Assembly: GCA_964016885.1 (NCBI GenBank)
Contig: OZ024741.1
Span: 326,120,001 to 326,184,000, forward strand
Direction of reading: 5' to 3'
DNA from: Eledone cirrhosa
Taxonomy: Eukaryota
DNA length: 64,000 nt
A program made the translations under genes and the position numbers. The notes beneath the pieces are model-generated. The model ran no database searches, was not told the DNA's origin, and saw only the letters and a list, made by a program, of their open reading frames with translations. This document shows, piece by piece, positions 13,967 through 31,040 of this stretch. The first letter of the stretch is position 1. Each line of letters starts with the position of its first letter.

Positions 13967-15093
13967 TTTTTTCCTAGCGGATAAGCGGCTAACCACCAGT
14001 GAAAAACGCACATGGCATTAGACATATATGTATTGAAGTTTCCGTTGAAAATTGAAAAAGTCATAGGAATGAAAATAGATAGATAGATATATAGATACCC
14101 AGATATTTACACATGTATATTCCTTCCGAATACATACAAACACTATTACATTCTATCTTATATTCTCTCGAGGAGTCAATATATTTACCGCACTTCTACG
14201 ACACCACATTGGTGAGAATTAGTCACCGGTGAAGCTTTTATAAACTCAAGAGTGTTTCGTCACATTTTTTAATCATACACTTCTTTTTGATAAATTTTTG
14301 AATAATCTTTTATTCTATTACTTTTTAATACTCGTTTTTTATACTGCGGGCCTGCTGGACACCATCACTAAAGGATTGTGTCTAGTATATTGACATATAT
14401 ATATTTATTTCATCCAAGCCTGATACTATTTCTCTCGATGTCTTTTTTTTTTTTAACTACTACCAGGAAAGTGATCTACCATGAAGCTTGCAAGCTACAA
14501 GTGGGCAAAGACTGGCCCAAATTTCTGCATAAAATGGAGGATTCTAGAAAGATCTAATCTCCATGCAAACGGGACGAACTCATGTCATTTAAACATCCTA
14601 AAAACCTCCACTCCACGAATAACTACCTAATTACGAAAGCAGGCCTCTTCAACCATACATACGGAGAAAGTCGCCAGCAGCGGTCACAGAGAATCAAACA
14701 CAGTACGTATCAAATTCCGTTTGAGCTAAACAACCTCTGACAACATATACTATTTTTATAACGATGACTATTAGCTTTTCTAATGTGAGAACAATAAACA
14801 TCGAAATATCGAATGAGTTGAAATATTTTACTATAGTGGCTTACTGGCCACCTTTTCCTTGTATTCTTCTATACAGATGTTTCTACCCGATTTTCGAATG
14901 GTATTTTCACAGCTACTCTTCTGAGTTACATATTTTCTTCATTTATAAAGATATTTCAACTCCCTCGACGTTTCAATATATATATATATATATATATATT
15001 GATATTATTTCTCTCGATGTCTTTTTTTTTTAACTACTACCAGGAAAGTGATCGACCATGAAGCTTGCAAGCTACAAGTGGGCCCGCAAAAAA

Positions 15094-15533
<440 letters not shown>

Positions 15534-15624
15534 CAAACATACTCACATATGTATTCAGTAAACTGATAAAGAAACACTATACCAAAATGATTCGAAATCC
15601 AAAACTGTCAATATTAACCTACAT

Positions 15625-15762
<138 letters not shown>

Positions 15763-17156
15763 AAGTATAGACTATATACAATTCGAAAAAAATTCTATAT
15801 TACCAACCAAGTTAAACATACCACCATAAGTATAAAAAGATTTTGAAAACCACGAAAAACGTAAAACGAAAAAAAAAACCTAAACGAGAAGACAACCAAC
15901 ACTAAAACAACAAAATGGCTAAAAAGCTTTCTTTTTGCGAAATAGATTTGATAATAATTGGTTTAATAAATAGATAAATTAGAAAAAAATATTTATTAAT
16001 TTTGCTTTATTTTTCTTGATGTTGTTGGTGTTATTTAAATTTGATGGTGTTTTTGTTTTTGTAATTAAACGTCAAAGTATGATAAATATTATATTTAAAA
16101 TACTCTGGATATTGTAGATGTATTTATATTCTTAAAGAATAAACGTAAACACCTGAAGTTGACTAAGACAACCACGCCAAATATAATGATGATAGTGATG
16201 ATGACGGTGGTGGTAGTGGTGATGACGTCGTTAATGGTGGATATGTTTATCCATCTAGTTTGCGATTCTCATCAAGAAAGATAATAAATATTGATCAGTA
16301 ATTTCCTTTGAACTGGTAAATTACGCAATGTAAAATCAACGATAGACACAGACGCACATACACACAGGTATATATATATATATATAAAATTTCAGGTTAT
16401 CAATAATGTAGTGATAATATATCGTTACGTTAGAGATGAACAGCGTACGTGCAGGCTTGCTCAACGAGTATAAATTATATTCCGGAGAAAATGTAGAAAG
16501 GATGAATATAAAATGAAAGTGCTTTTGTTAAAAAAGGAATTTATTAGGTATTGACATATGTTTCTGTAACAGACCGAATACCTATGTATCGCTGCTTGCG
16601 TAATCATATAATGTTAGCAAGTATTCGATAGCAAATGTATAATCAGTTGTCACTTCTTCAGAGATTTTGGATAAATTGGATAAAATCAGAAAAATTGAAG
16701 TATTTATATTAGTAAAGGAGGAAGGAACAGAGGGGATAGTATATGACAGATGGTAAATTAATTTACTGCTAAACAAGTATATAATGGGTTTCTAATGAGA
16801 ATACCATGAGTAAATCTAAATAAGAATTTTGGGAGTGCCAATTTTAATCTCTACTTGACCAACTGGACAGTGGACAGGGCTGGTCATTTGGTGCAGTAGT
16901 ATTAATTATAAAGTGTCAATTGGGGAAGGGGGAGATTTATATATATATATATATATTTGTGTGTGTGTGTGTGTGCGTGTGCAAACAAGTAGCACCGTAG
17001 ACACCCCCAGAACAAACGCAAGCAATCATCGAATGTCTAATACGTAAATAATACAAAACTAAAAATAAACAAAACATCTAGTGGATAAGACCATCGGATT
17101 CCAATCTCGTAAATAATACATTCGTAAAAACAAAGACTATCATGAACTAAATGTCA

Positions 17157-17334
17157 ATAATTGTTTCTACTTTAGGCACAAGGCCAGCAATCACCCAGTG
17201 CATTACTGGTACTTTATTTTATCGACCCCGTAAGGATGAAAGGCAAAGTCAACCTCGGCGGCATTTGAACTCAGATCATAAAGGGACGTAACTATGCTGG
17301 AAAGCATGGCGACCGACCCTCTACCGATACTGCC
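17157..17334 (-). mobile_element. SINE family A
   Basis: Homologous to 27377-27563 and 54936-55126. Confidence 0.8.
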
Positions 17335-17472
17335 TGTCAATAATAGAACTAAGATATCTTCTATAATCTCTACCTCAGACATCATCTATAATTCTTAACC
17401 CCTAACTTTCCCTCAATAGGATTATTATGAAGCTGCAGTGTTCAAACTAAGGATTTTTCCGTATAAGAATAG

Positions 17473-17537
<65 letters not shown>

Positions 17538-17707
17538 CTGAACAAAAAAGAAAAACGAACACAGACATATATATATATGTTCAAATCGTAAGGGACCAGA
17601 TTCGCTAAGGTGAAGAAAATACAAATAAAGACAATAGGGTTTGCCAGACTCAATTTAAGAATAAATCAAAAAAATAAATACAAACCAGAATTGTGGTAAC
17701 TACCAAT

Positions 17708-17787
17708 CACCCGGACAGTTTTGATAATACTGTTTCGCAATATTAATTGTGAAGAGGAATACCAAAATCATTGCTCATCAGCGGGTA
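17708..17787 (-). ncRNA. Type I hammerhead ribozyme
   Basis: acccg-CTGATGA-gcaa...ttgc-GAAA-cagt...actg-TC-cgggt. Confidence 0.85.
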
Positions 17788-18307
17788 AAGAATTATTACT
17801 GTCCTGGTCACTTCTAAGTATATTAAAAAATTGGATAGTGTGCTTATATATAACAACGCACATGGTATCAGAACTTAACGTGTCTCGCAGTCTCACACCA
17901 CTAAAAATAGCAGCCGGGTTTACTCGACATTTGAATTAGCTCGACTAATTAACGGAGCCGAATATATCAAAGGTATATATTGAGTTAGAAACTCAAAATC
18001 GTCTCTTACAATAAATTAGCTCTAAGAAATAAATTTTTCCGAGCCGTATAATATAACTGAACAAAAAAGAAAAACGAACACAGACATATATATATATATA
18101 TGTGTGTTCAAATCGTAAGGAACCAGATTCGCTAAGGTGATAGAGAATACTAAATAAAGACAATAGGGTTTGCCAGACTCAATTTAAGAATAAATCAAGA
18201 AAATAAATACAAACCAGAATTGTGGTAACTACCAATCACCCGGACAGTTTTGATAATACTGTTTCGCAATATTAATTGTGAAGAGGAATACCAAAATCCA
18301 CAATTTT

Positions 18308-18389
18308 TCACCCGCTGATGAGCAAGGATTTTCGTATTCCTCTTCACAATTAATATTGCGAAACAGTATTATCAAAACTGTCCGGGTGA
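18308..18389 (+). ncRNA. Type I hammerhead ribozyme
   Basis: tcacccg-CTGATGA-gcaa...ttgc-GAAA-cagt-attatcaaa-actg-TC-cgggtga; all core nucleotides canonical, GUC triplet. Confidence 0.9.
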
Positions 18390-18498
18390 TTGGTAGTTAA
18401 CACAATTCTGGTTTGTATTTATTTTCTTAATTTATTCTTAAATTGAGTCTTTAGTTAGTATTCTCTTCACCTTAGCGAATCTGGTCTCTTACAATTTG

Positions 18499-18582
<84 letters not shown>

Positions 18583-18704
18583 TGTGTTCGACTTTCCTTT
18601 TTGTTCAGTTATATTATAATATATAATATAACAGCTCGGAAAAATCTCTTTCTTAAATCTAATTTATTGTAAGAGATTATTTTGAGTTTCTAACTCAATA
18701 TATG

Positions 18705-18760
<56 letters not shown>

Positions 18761-18925
18761 ATAATAATATATTTGAAAACTAAAATCCAAAGAGGGCTCG
18801 ATAAGGACAAATATATATCAGATATATAAGAACCGTAGAGCAAATATTTATTAAAATTTAAGAAGTTCCCTTTAAGTGTGAAAGTAACAATTCTTTGCTT
18901 AAACTTTAATCTGTTATTTTAATAA

Positions 18926-18956
<31 letters not shown>

Positions 18957-19098
18957 GTATGCAGATTCCGTAGTTGTGTCGGTGGGTAAGCACAGTTAAA
19001 AAATGTACTGAATATATTAGTAGGGTATAGGCATCTTATATATATATATATTGAGTACCTTACTTACTGTGGTTACCTCCGATTCAACCCGGAATAAC

Positions 19099-19259
<161 letters not shown>

Positions 19260-19278
19260 ATATATATATATATATATA

Positions 19279-19862
19279 TTGAGTTAGGAACTCAAAATAC
19301 TCTCTTACATCAAAATAGCTCTAAGAAAGAGATATTTCCGAGCCGTATATTATAATAGAATATAAAAGAAAAACGAACACATATATGCGTTCAAATCGTA
19401 AGGGACCGGATTTGCTAAGGTGAAAAGCATACTAACTATAGACAATTGGGTTTGCTTGTCTCAATTTAAGAAAAAAATTAAGAAAATAAATACAAGAAAA
19501 TAAATACAAACCTAATTCATTTTATACCTTTGATATATTCGGCTCCGTTAATTTGTTGAGCTATTTCAAATGTCTAATAAACCTGGCTGCTATTTTCATT
19601 GGTGTAAGTTTGTGAGACACACTAATATACCATGTGCGCTATATCTTAATATACTTAGAAGTGTCTATGATACTAATTCATCACCCACTGATGAGCTTGT
19701 ATTGGTAATTCTATTGACAATTAACATTGAGACAAGCAAACCCAAGTGTCTATAGTTAGTATTCTTTTCACCTTAGCGAATCCAGTCCCTTACGATGTTA
19801 ACGCATATATGTATATGTCTGTGTTCGTTTTACTTTTATATTCTATTATAATTATATATATA
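19279..19862. mobile_element. Diverged, rearranged copy of the ~520-bp HHR family
   Basis: 19279-19515 direct homology to 17980-18210; 19520-19862 inverted; truncated cacccaCTGATGAgc near 19682. Confidence 0.75.
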
Positions 19863-19885
19863 AATACGCACACACACACACACAC

Positions 19886-19976
<91 letters not shown>

Positions 19977-20646
19977 ACGGGCTTCCGTCATGTTTCCCTT
20001 TATCGAATTTCTCTCACAAGGTATTGGTTAACCGGAGGCTATACACAGATGAAAACACCTTCCTACGCTAGCACATGGTTGGATTGATCCACCTACCCCA
20101 ACCAAAAAGCCAAACTAAAGTTCCCTTAAATCCTGATATAGTTTTAGTGGTACTGTCTTGACATACAGTATATCTTGTGCATTAAAACTGGCGCAGCCTA
20201 TATTCTTCTCTAGATCGGAATATAACCGAATTCTTACAGAGGGAGAGAGAAAGAGGGGGGGGGGGGGAGATAGATAATGGGTGATGGAGAGAGAAAGAAG
20301 GGGGGGGGGGGGACTACAGTAATTGATTGATTCTTTATCGACATCGAAATGGTGAAATGTAGCGTTGAGCTTGGTAATATTTGAACTTATACAAATACAA
20401 AATGCAGTTATACCAATACAGAATCGTTTTTAATCCAGCGAACTGACAATACCTGCAATACTCTAACAGAAACATATAGATAATTGAGATGTCGAAATAT
20501 TTTATTTGATAATATATTTTATTGATGTCTATTTTTCATATGACCATTTTGCCTGAAAATAAAACATTTTTTGTATCAAATTCTTGTCTCTTTAATACGA
20601 TTTTTTTTCTCGAGAGAATAAAAGAGAGTACTTTATCGCCACTTAC

Positions 20647-20701
20647 TGAAGCGACGCAATGTTGAGTTCATTGCACACGAACGGGTAAACAAGTATCTTA
20701 A
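20647..20701 (-). other. Candidate 55-nt host exon
   Basis: Acceptor ttcgtttctcgttcAG| and donor ca|GTAAGT in apparently unique sequence; open in two frames (LRYLFTRSCAMNSTLRRF or KILVYPFVCNELNIASL). Confidence 0.35.
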
Positions 20702-21250
20702 CTGAACGAGAAACGAACATAGTATGATAGACGCCATAATGTTTTGTTACGAGTTGTTTATATATTTAAAAAAAAAGAAAAAAAAATCGTTAATTTTTAA
20801 ATGTGTTTAGTTGGCAAAAAAATCGTTAATTCTTAACTGTGTTTAGTTGAGTTTATAAACATTAAAAGGAAAATCGTGGCAAATCACGTTTTGTCAACCA
20901 AAGCAATGAAGTACTATTTACAAAGTACAAAACAAGAACTAATAGCAGCTAAATTATAGTAAAGTGGCTATATTTTATTTGTTTATCAGTTGTGTTCTTT
21001 ATAGATGATTTGACAAATGTATTTTGATAGATCAACCAAGGAAGAAGGAACAAACAATAGTTATTATAAAATACATTTTATCTTCGGTTTTATTATGTAT
21101 AAAATACAGATGTGTATATTGGTGGTGGTCGGGAGTGGGGCGGGGGGGGGGGGGGTCTGGTTATAAAATAGACATTTCGAATGGTAATATTATTCCGTAA
21201 AGGCTAAAACTTCATGGTCTAGTTACTCATCAGGTCAACTGCAGAAACCT

Positions 21251-21460
21251 GTAGATTGGCAGAATCGTTAGAGCGTTGAACGAAATGTTCTGTGCCATCT
21301 CTTCCGGTTCTTTACATATTGTGTGCAAATGCCACTGAGGTTATTTCTGTCTTTCACCCTTTTGTAGTTGATAAAATAAAGTACCGGTTATTTACTAAAC
21401 TCAATATAATATATTTTCATCTTCCCCCTAATTGTTGTCCATGTGCCTATGCTAGAAAAC
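21251..21460 (+). mobile_element. SINE family A (diverged)
   Basis: gattggcagaatcgttagagcgttgaacgaaatg...gataaaataaagtacc; another diverged copy at 22328-22536. Confidence 0.65.
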
Positions 21461-24326
21461 ATTATGTTTTAGGACAGAACACCATTTTAAATATAACCAC
21501 ATGTGTGTCATCCATCTTGGAATCTCGAGAATAATGCGATGGATCAATAGCGAAATGAGTTGGAGTACCAGGCAAACTGCCTTCCATGATATAGAAAAGA
21601 CCCCTTGTACTACAACTTCAAATTCCGCCAGGGAAACGACATGCTTTTCACCATTCAGTAAACAGTAACAAGTGTCAATCCTACGTCCACGGGTTCTATT
21701 GTTATTATTGTTATTATTGTTATTATTGTTATTAGCAAGACGTGTTTTAAAACCATTTCCCTTGATAAAGTAAGGCTTAACCCTATCATGTACACCCCTT
21801 CCCCACATCCTTACTTTCATTATTTGCCTTTGATAAGCTTCCCCTTTCTCTACTTCAACAATCATTCCCATCCCTCCTATCACTCTCTAAACATGAACTA
21901 ATCAACCCATTTTATTTCCCTTCTTAGCATTCACCATTGTCTCTATTTCAATGACTCTTCAAACCAAGTCAGTTTCATTTTTTCTAAACATCTTATACAA
22001 TTTTCTTTCCCACCATACTGGCTCTCTACTCTCACTTTCGTACTTTCTCAACTCATGACCCGTCCATCACATTTGAGAGGAATAGTACTTAGATTATTTA
22101 TGGCTTATTTTTCTTTTGCTATATTTAGAAAAGGTTTAATCTAAGTGCATTCTGCATACAAGAATAACCTTCATAATGCATTTTATTAGTGAAGGGGTAG
22201 AAAAAAATCCCTTGTTAAAAATCATTTTCATCTTTATTTGAAGACGATTTTAAATTTTCGTTACATTGCAATTTAAGTGCATTCTACATACAAGAATAAA
22301 ATATCAAAAATCGATTTGATTAGTATAATGGTGGATTGGAAGAACTGGTGGAGCGTCAGACAAATGTTTTGTGTTATTTGTTCCGACGGTTTACATTCTG
22401 AGTTCTAATCTCGTTGACATTAACTTTGCCTTTCGTTCCTTCATGGTGGATAAATAAAATACCAGTCAACTATTTATATCGATATAATCGATTTCTCTCA
22501 AAATTACTGATCGTGTGCCTACATTATAAACCATTATCATCTATTTAAAAAAAATGAGGTCGACACAAGAAATTTCTATGATAAACACAATTTTATAACA
22601 ACTTAAAAAAATGTATGTAAATTCTAACCCTATTCAAAATACGGGAATATGCATTATGGCCTATTAAAATTAACAAGGAATTGGTACAAGACATTCATAT
22701 GTTAAACACAATTTTCCTTTTTACTTTCGACATATATTTTGTTAAATTTTATTATGCATACAAGATTAAGCAATATAATTTAATCTATATGAATGGAGAG
22801 GGAGGGAAACAAGATATTTCCCTGATAAACATCGTTTTCCTTTCTATTTCAGTATTTTTAATCTTTTTTTAATATTCAAAGAAAATAGTTGATACAGCAT
22901 AGCTGAATGGTTAAGAAATTTGTTTTATGGGTGAAATTAGGTAAACGGAAACTATTTCGATTAAGATAGACTTTATTTGGAATTCAAAGGGCCAGCCGTT
23001 GAAATACATTAAGAGTACACTATTTGTGGAATGGAAATCTCCCTACTCGTTTATTTCATGAGCTGGTATTTTGGTTGATCGAACAATTGGAACACTCATC
23101 ATTGAAACCGACGGAGGTCCTTTATTCCGATTAAAAAATAGCAACCATTTCGTATTTTTCTTTCATTTTCAATCTGCCTAATGAACGTGTCCAGAGATTG
23201 CTAAATAGCTCAAAGGGTGGTCACGTATTAAAAATTTAAGCATTCATTTAATTATGAATGAAATAGGAAAAAAGAAATCATACAAAAGCATCAAGTAAAA
23301 ACACATATCTATTTTTGAAGTGTTGCTTTCAATTGTTACAATTATGTTTTATTGCTTTACGTTTGTTTTGGTTTTTGTATTGTTCCTTAATTGTTTTAAT
23401 TTGATCGCACTAAAGTTATTTCAATTTCAGAAGAAAAAAACACACGAAACATTGAATGTAAATATTTCATGTGAAATATAAATGTGGTGTATCTGTTGAA
23501 TTATTAGAGCGTTAGAATAAATGAGAATGGTGTATCTGCCCAATCGATAGGATGTTGGAACATATATGTCTGTTATAATGTGGTTAGTTGTATATAAAAT
23601 CATGGCTCAAAATGGTAGGAAAATACATTTTGTCAACCAAAGGAGTGAAGTACAATCTACAAAGCAGAAAACAAGAAAAATAGCAATTAACTTCGATCTA
23701 TTTGCTCATCCAATGTATTCCCCATGTCCAAGATTTGACTATTTATTTTGACAATACATGCATTCTCTCCTCTGTTCATTTTACCCTGCTTTCTTTATTA
23801 TTCATATTTGCCATTCCTTTTCTTCTTTCCCCAAACATATTCACTTCTCTTTGTCTCCAGCTTTCGTTGAAAACTAGCGTCCGAAACGCCAAGACTCACT
23901 GCCATCTCAATTAAACACAGAACTAATATACCATTATTGCATTTTATTATTCTTTCGTATTGTTTTTCTTTTTCTTCTTGACTATTCCAGCATATATTCT
24001 TATATATAACTATTGGTTTCTACGTAGCAGTAGCTTTCCAATGCATTTTAACTCCTTACTATTATAGAAGTGGTTTGAAAAGACCCATGTCTAGAGATTC
24101 TCAAAGATCCAGGTCACATTCCCACTCAGGTCTTCCTAATACCTCACCAGTTAAAATAGCCGTCTAGAAAGTTTGCACCCAAGCACCGTATTAACATGAG
24201 CAAGCTTTTCAAACTACAAACATTGTATAGCCCCAAGTAGGATTACGTCTGGAGCAGTAGTTTATTTGTGAGCTATTAATAGGGGATCACCTTATAGTTG
24301 GATACATTGGTATTTAATGCGATATA

Positions 24327-24413
<87 letters not shown>

Positions 24414-25062
24414 AGTTAAGAAGGTGACGTTGGAAGTAGCACGGAAAATATATTTTAGGGTCTGTTTTTTTTTCTTTTTTTTTTTTCCTTACTTTGATTC
24501 GTCAAAGTGACATTATTGGAAAGATGACATTATTGAAAAAATGAGAGACAATTCTTTTAAAAAGAGTTTTATAATGTATATAAAGTATATAAAATATTAC
24601 CGGTTTTGATGTATTATTAAAATTAATCTTCTTATCAAATGTTGAGGATTACAATTAAAAAGAATTAATAAGAATATTTAAAATTAAGTGTTGGAGTAAG
24701 TTTTTTTCCATCTTCTTTGCTCAGAAGGGGACTGGAGAATGAGTTCTTGTGTATAGAGAGAGAGGTGTGTCGTCATGATAGTGGCAGCAGTGTATTATAT
24801 ATATATATATGTTAAGTATTTCCGTGGAAAAGGTAAAGGAAAGATGTATGCATGTATGTGTAGACGTATATCTTCATGTAAGTGTGTCTATGTGTGCGTG
24901 TATATATATATATATATATATATATCTTTATCTCTAATTTGACGTTGCGCGCGCATCTATGTATATCTGATTCTGTACAAGAATTTGTTCCCATTATTTT
25001 ATTGCAGCCCCACTTTCATTTATAATAGATGTTAATTTCATATCTTATATCCAAATAAAGAT

Positions 25063-25134
25063 TTCTATCTGATGAACGGATTCAGACGCCTCTGTTAGAA
25101 TCGTCTAACTCCATGAAACCTTGGGTAATGGAAT
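25063..25134 (+). ncRNA. Type I hammerhead ribozyme motif
   Basis: ttctat-CTGATGA-acgga...tccat-GAAA-ccttggg-TA-atggaa. Confidence 0.7.
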
Positions 25135-25307
25135 AATTATATTGTGTTGTTTATTACATAATTTTATATATATATATATATATATATTAATAAAAAGAAC
25201 CACATGAAAGTCTACAGTGTAGACTCTACAGTTTTTAAGCCAAGAAAGGAACTTAACATTGTAAATTTAACACAGCTACTGAGCAGCTCCGAGCACGCTG
25301 GCCTTTA

Positions 25308-25380
<73 letters not shown>

Positions 25381-26298
25381 CTAGCAGTAAAGGCCAGCGT
25401 TGCTTGGGTCGGGGCTGCTGAGTAGCTGTGTTAAAGTTACAATGTTAAGTTCCTCTCTTGGCTTAAAAACTGTAGAGTCTACACTGTAGACTTTCATGTG
25501 GTTCTTTTTATTAATATTCCCTCAACCAACAGTATACCTTATGAAGTTAAGAAAACATATCCATAACCCGAATGTTAAAACAAAAGAGGATGCTGGGGAT
25601 AAAAACTGCACTGATAATCTATTAACAAAAATCGATAATGTAAACACTGCAACACTTGTCTCAGAGAAAAACATCAGCGTAACCAAACTATCAGTTATTT
25701 TGAAACAAAGAAATTGGATGGATATGAAAAACAAAAGAAATAAAAAATGCGTTATCTGTCTGTGGTTTAAAATCATTGCTTCTAAATGAAAATCTCATAA
25801 GGCTTTATTCGAGATCAATGATTTTTTTACAAAATATTTGCTTGTTTTACGGTGTATTCAAATAGGCTTATTTTCAAGTAAAAATATTGTTTTAAAAGAC
25901 TTTTTAATGGAAATGAAGCAAAATGGAAGCTTAATGTTGAAATTTCGAACTCATGAATTTTGCAGGTTAAAATTTGCCGAAAAGTGTTCGCGTATTTTTG
26001 TACTTTTGCAGGCCTCGTATATTCGTAACGTAAATAGATAGACAGAATGACGCTATAAAAGGGAAATAACTCGTCTCTCATCTCCATTTATACATTTGAA
26101 CTAATAAATCAATATATTACAAATTCGATTTTTGCAGTTGGTGCTGGTCGATTTGAAAATTTCTTTGACCGATGTCTCCGCCGGACCTTCATCTATAAGT
26201 ATAGCAATTTCACCGAAATTTGAACGTACGGTTTAGGAGGAGATGTGTGCCGACCGTTTTAGTAGACAGACAGACAATCTCAGTTTTATATATATAGA
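25381..26298 (-). mobile_element. Non-autonomous Helitron (~918 bp)
   Basis: Minus-strand start TCtatatatataaaactgagattgtctgtctg; end ccaagcaacgctggcctttactgCTAG|T. Confidence 0.8.
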
Positions 26299-26812
26299 CT
26301 AGCAGAAAACCACCCGGTGGGCGGTTTTCTGCTAGCAAATCTAGTGTATATACTGATATTGTTGAGATTTGGATGAGAAATGTTTTCGGCACCACATGTT
26401 CACCGTCTCTCGGTGTGTCTTTTATGGATGTATAAATATATATGTTATCTATACGGTGAAATCTTTGAAATAAATATATGTTAAAACGAAAAAGGAGAAA
26501 CAGAGATTAGTGACGGAAATATAAACGTTATGATACATAAACGTTATGATATAACGATGGAAATATATAAACGTTTACGATAAAACGATGGAAATAGAAA
26601 CGTTTATATATAATGATAAGCCGAAACACTCGTAAGCCGAAACACTAGTAAGTCGAAACACTCGTAAAGCGAAACGTATAAACAAAGATTAATGTAATGA
26701 ATTTGAAAAGCATAGAGATTTGAAACCGCGTCTATTTGTTTCCTTGGAATTTTTTACAGACTGACAGACAGACAAACAAACAGACAAATGCCCATTATAT
26801 ATTATAAGTAGA
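26299..26812 (-). mobile_element. Second non-autonomous Helitron in tandem
   Basis: Minus start TCtacttataatatatataatgggcatttgtctg; 3' CTAG at 26299 inside a palindrome; internal short tandem repeats (aaacgttatgat, gccgaaacactcgtaa). Confidence 0.65.
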
Positions 26813-27074
26813 CTTGGCATGGTGTCAAGTCAGAACCGCCTCGAACTGGTTACTTCGGGCTTGTGCAAGGTGTCTCTATAGCAACCAGCGATTCCCTCGG
26901 GCTCAGTGACCAAAGTCAGTGGAGAGGGGAAGGTAATGTTTCTATAGCGACAGTGTTTCTCTTTGTAGTACCAAAGTGGAGAAAGGAAGGGGAAGGTAAT
27001 ATTTCTGTAGCACCTACATTTGAGTTTTAGGGAAGGACATACAGACAGACAGACAAACAGAGAAATGCCCATAT

Positions 27075-28196
<1,122 letters not shown>

Positions 28197-28429
28197 TCTA
28201 AATTTCTGAATGCGGAGGGTTGTTTTGCATATATGACAATATTTTATATTTTATCACACGCTGAAACATATTTAGATATAAAAGAATACTTTAATATTTA
28301 TGTCTAGAATAAGTTTGGTTCAGACTGCTCGTTCGTCGAGGGTTAGCATGTATATTAATTCTGGTTATATATGAGGACCAGACGAGATCTGAATTTAAAA
28401 AAACTATATGTATACATATGTACACATAC

Positions 28430-28574
<145 letters not shown>

Positions 28575-28854
28575 AATATATATATACTTATATATATTCA
28601 TATGTATATATGCGCATCCCTCCACAACCCCCGACCCCACACACAGACATATACAAACAAATATGCCGCAGTTATATGCATACCATCTATATCTTTCAAT
28701 CTATTTATCGATATGGTAAGTTTTCTAACTATGGTTTTGTTTGAATACTTAAGAATTTGTATCTATATCTAACTTTGTATAACTTTGTATACATAAATTA
28801 TCTGTCTGTTCAGATACTCAAATAAGCAAATATAGATATATATAAATATAAACA

Positions 28855-29860
<1,006 letters not shown>

Positions 29861-30035
29861 CTGATCAGTGTTTTAGGCACTATTTCCGATCACACAGACT
29901 TTCAATTGGAAAATACTTTTATACTTTCCTGTAAACATTCCGTGTATAGTTGGAAAAAAAACCAAATATATAGATCCATGTATAGATAAATATATAAATG
30001 CTCATGTACGCTTTTCCACAACGCTCCATATACAA

Positions 30036-30069
<34 letters not shown>

Positions 30070-30216
30070 GTATAAATATACACACACATATATATATATA
30101 TATATGTATAAATATTTATATATATAAATATATATATACATATATATATTTGTATATATATACATATATTTATATATATCTATATTTATATATCTATCTA
30201 CATATATATATATATA

Positions 30217-30350
<134 letters not shown>

Positions 30351-30912
30351 TATATACCTATATATATATATATCTATATATATGTATATATATATATATA
30401 TGTGTGTGTGTGAGTGTAGTGGTGCGTATATGTACACATAAAGGCACGCAAACACATATGGTATATAAATATGAATTAGGAGATTATCAGATTTATGTAG
30501 AAGGAGATATCAAGAAAGATATAGAGAGAAACCTTCTACAGTAGACACATTGTATTCATAGTCAAACAAACCACATGTGCGCAAATAGATATGCGCAGAC
30601 ACATACACCCTCACACACATAGTCATGTTATTTATTTACACACACACACACATGCAAAGACCCCCCCAAACACCTATTCTTATATACATATCCCTCATCT
30701 CTCTCTCCCTCTTACTCTCTCGCAATATATATATAAACACAGACACACAGACACACATACACACACACACACACACACATACACACACACACATATATAT
30801 ATATATATACATATATACATATATATATATACACACACACACACATATCTATATCTATACATATATACATATATATATATATACACACACACATATATAT
30901 ATATCTATACAC

Positions 30913-31040
<128 letters not shown>

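Larger units (their letters stand above)
11741..14024 (-). repeat. Tandem array, 3.7 x 616-bp non-coding unit carrying a hammerhead motif (retrozyme-like / non-autonomous PLE)
   Basis: Unit starts at 11741, 12357, 12973, 13589; only ~4 substitutions seen (11746, 13553, 13660, 13986); no ORF >=60 aa; abuts (TA)n at 11673-11740. Confidence 0.92.
17533..18710. mobile_element. Non-autonomous PLE-like element: ~520-bp unit in partial tandem plus inverted copy
   Basis: 17537-17770 repeated at 18056-18298; 18300-18705 is the reverse complement; flanked by (TA)n; carries canonical HHRs. Confidence 0.8.

Noticed and set aside
11741-14024. 5S rDNA, snRNA, spliced-leader or histone tandem cluster
   Set aside because: No recognisable 5S, U-snRNA, tRNA or coding sequence in the unit.
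16582-16776. 64-aa minus ORF as a host exon
   Set aside because: No recognisable domain and no convincing splice-site pair.
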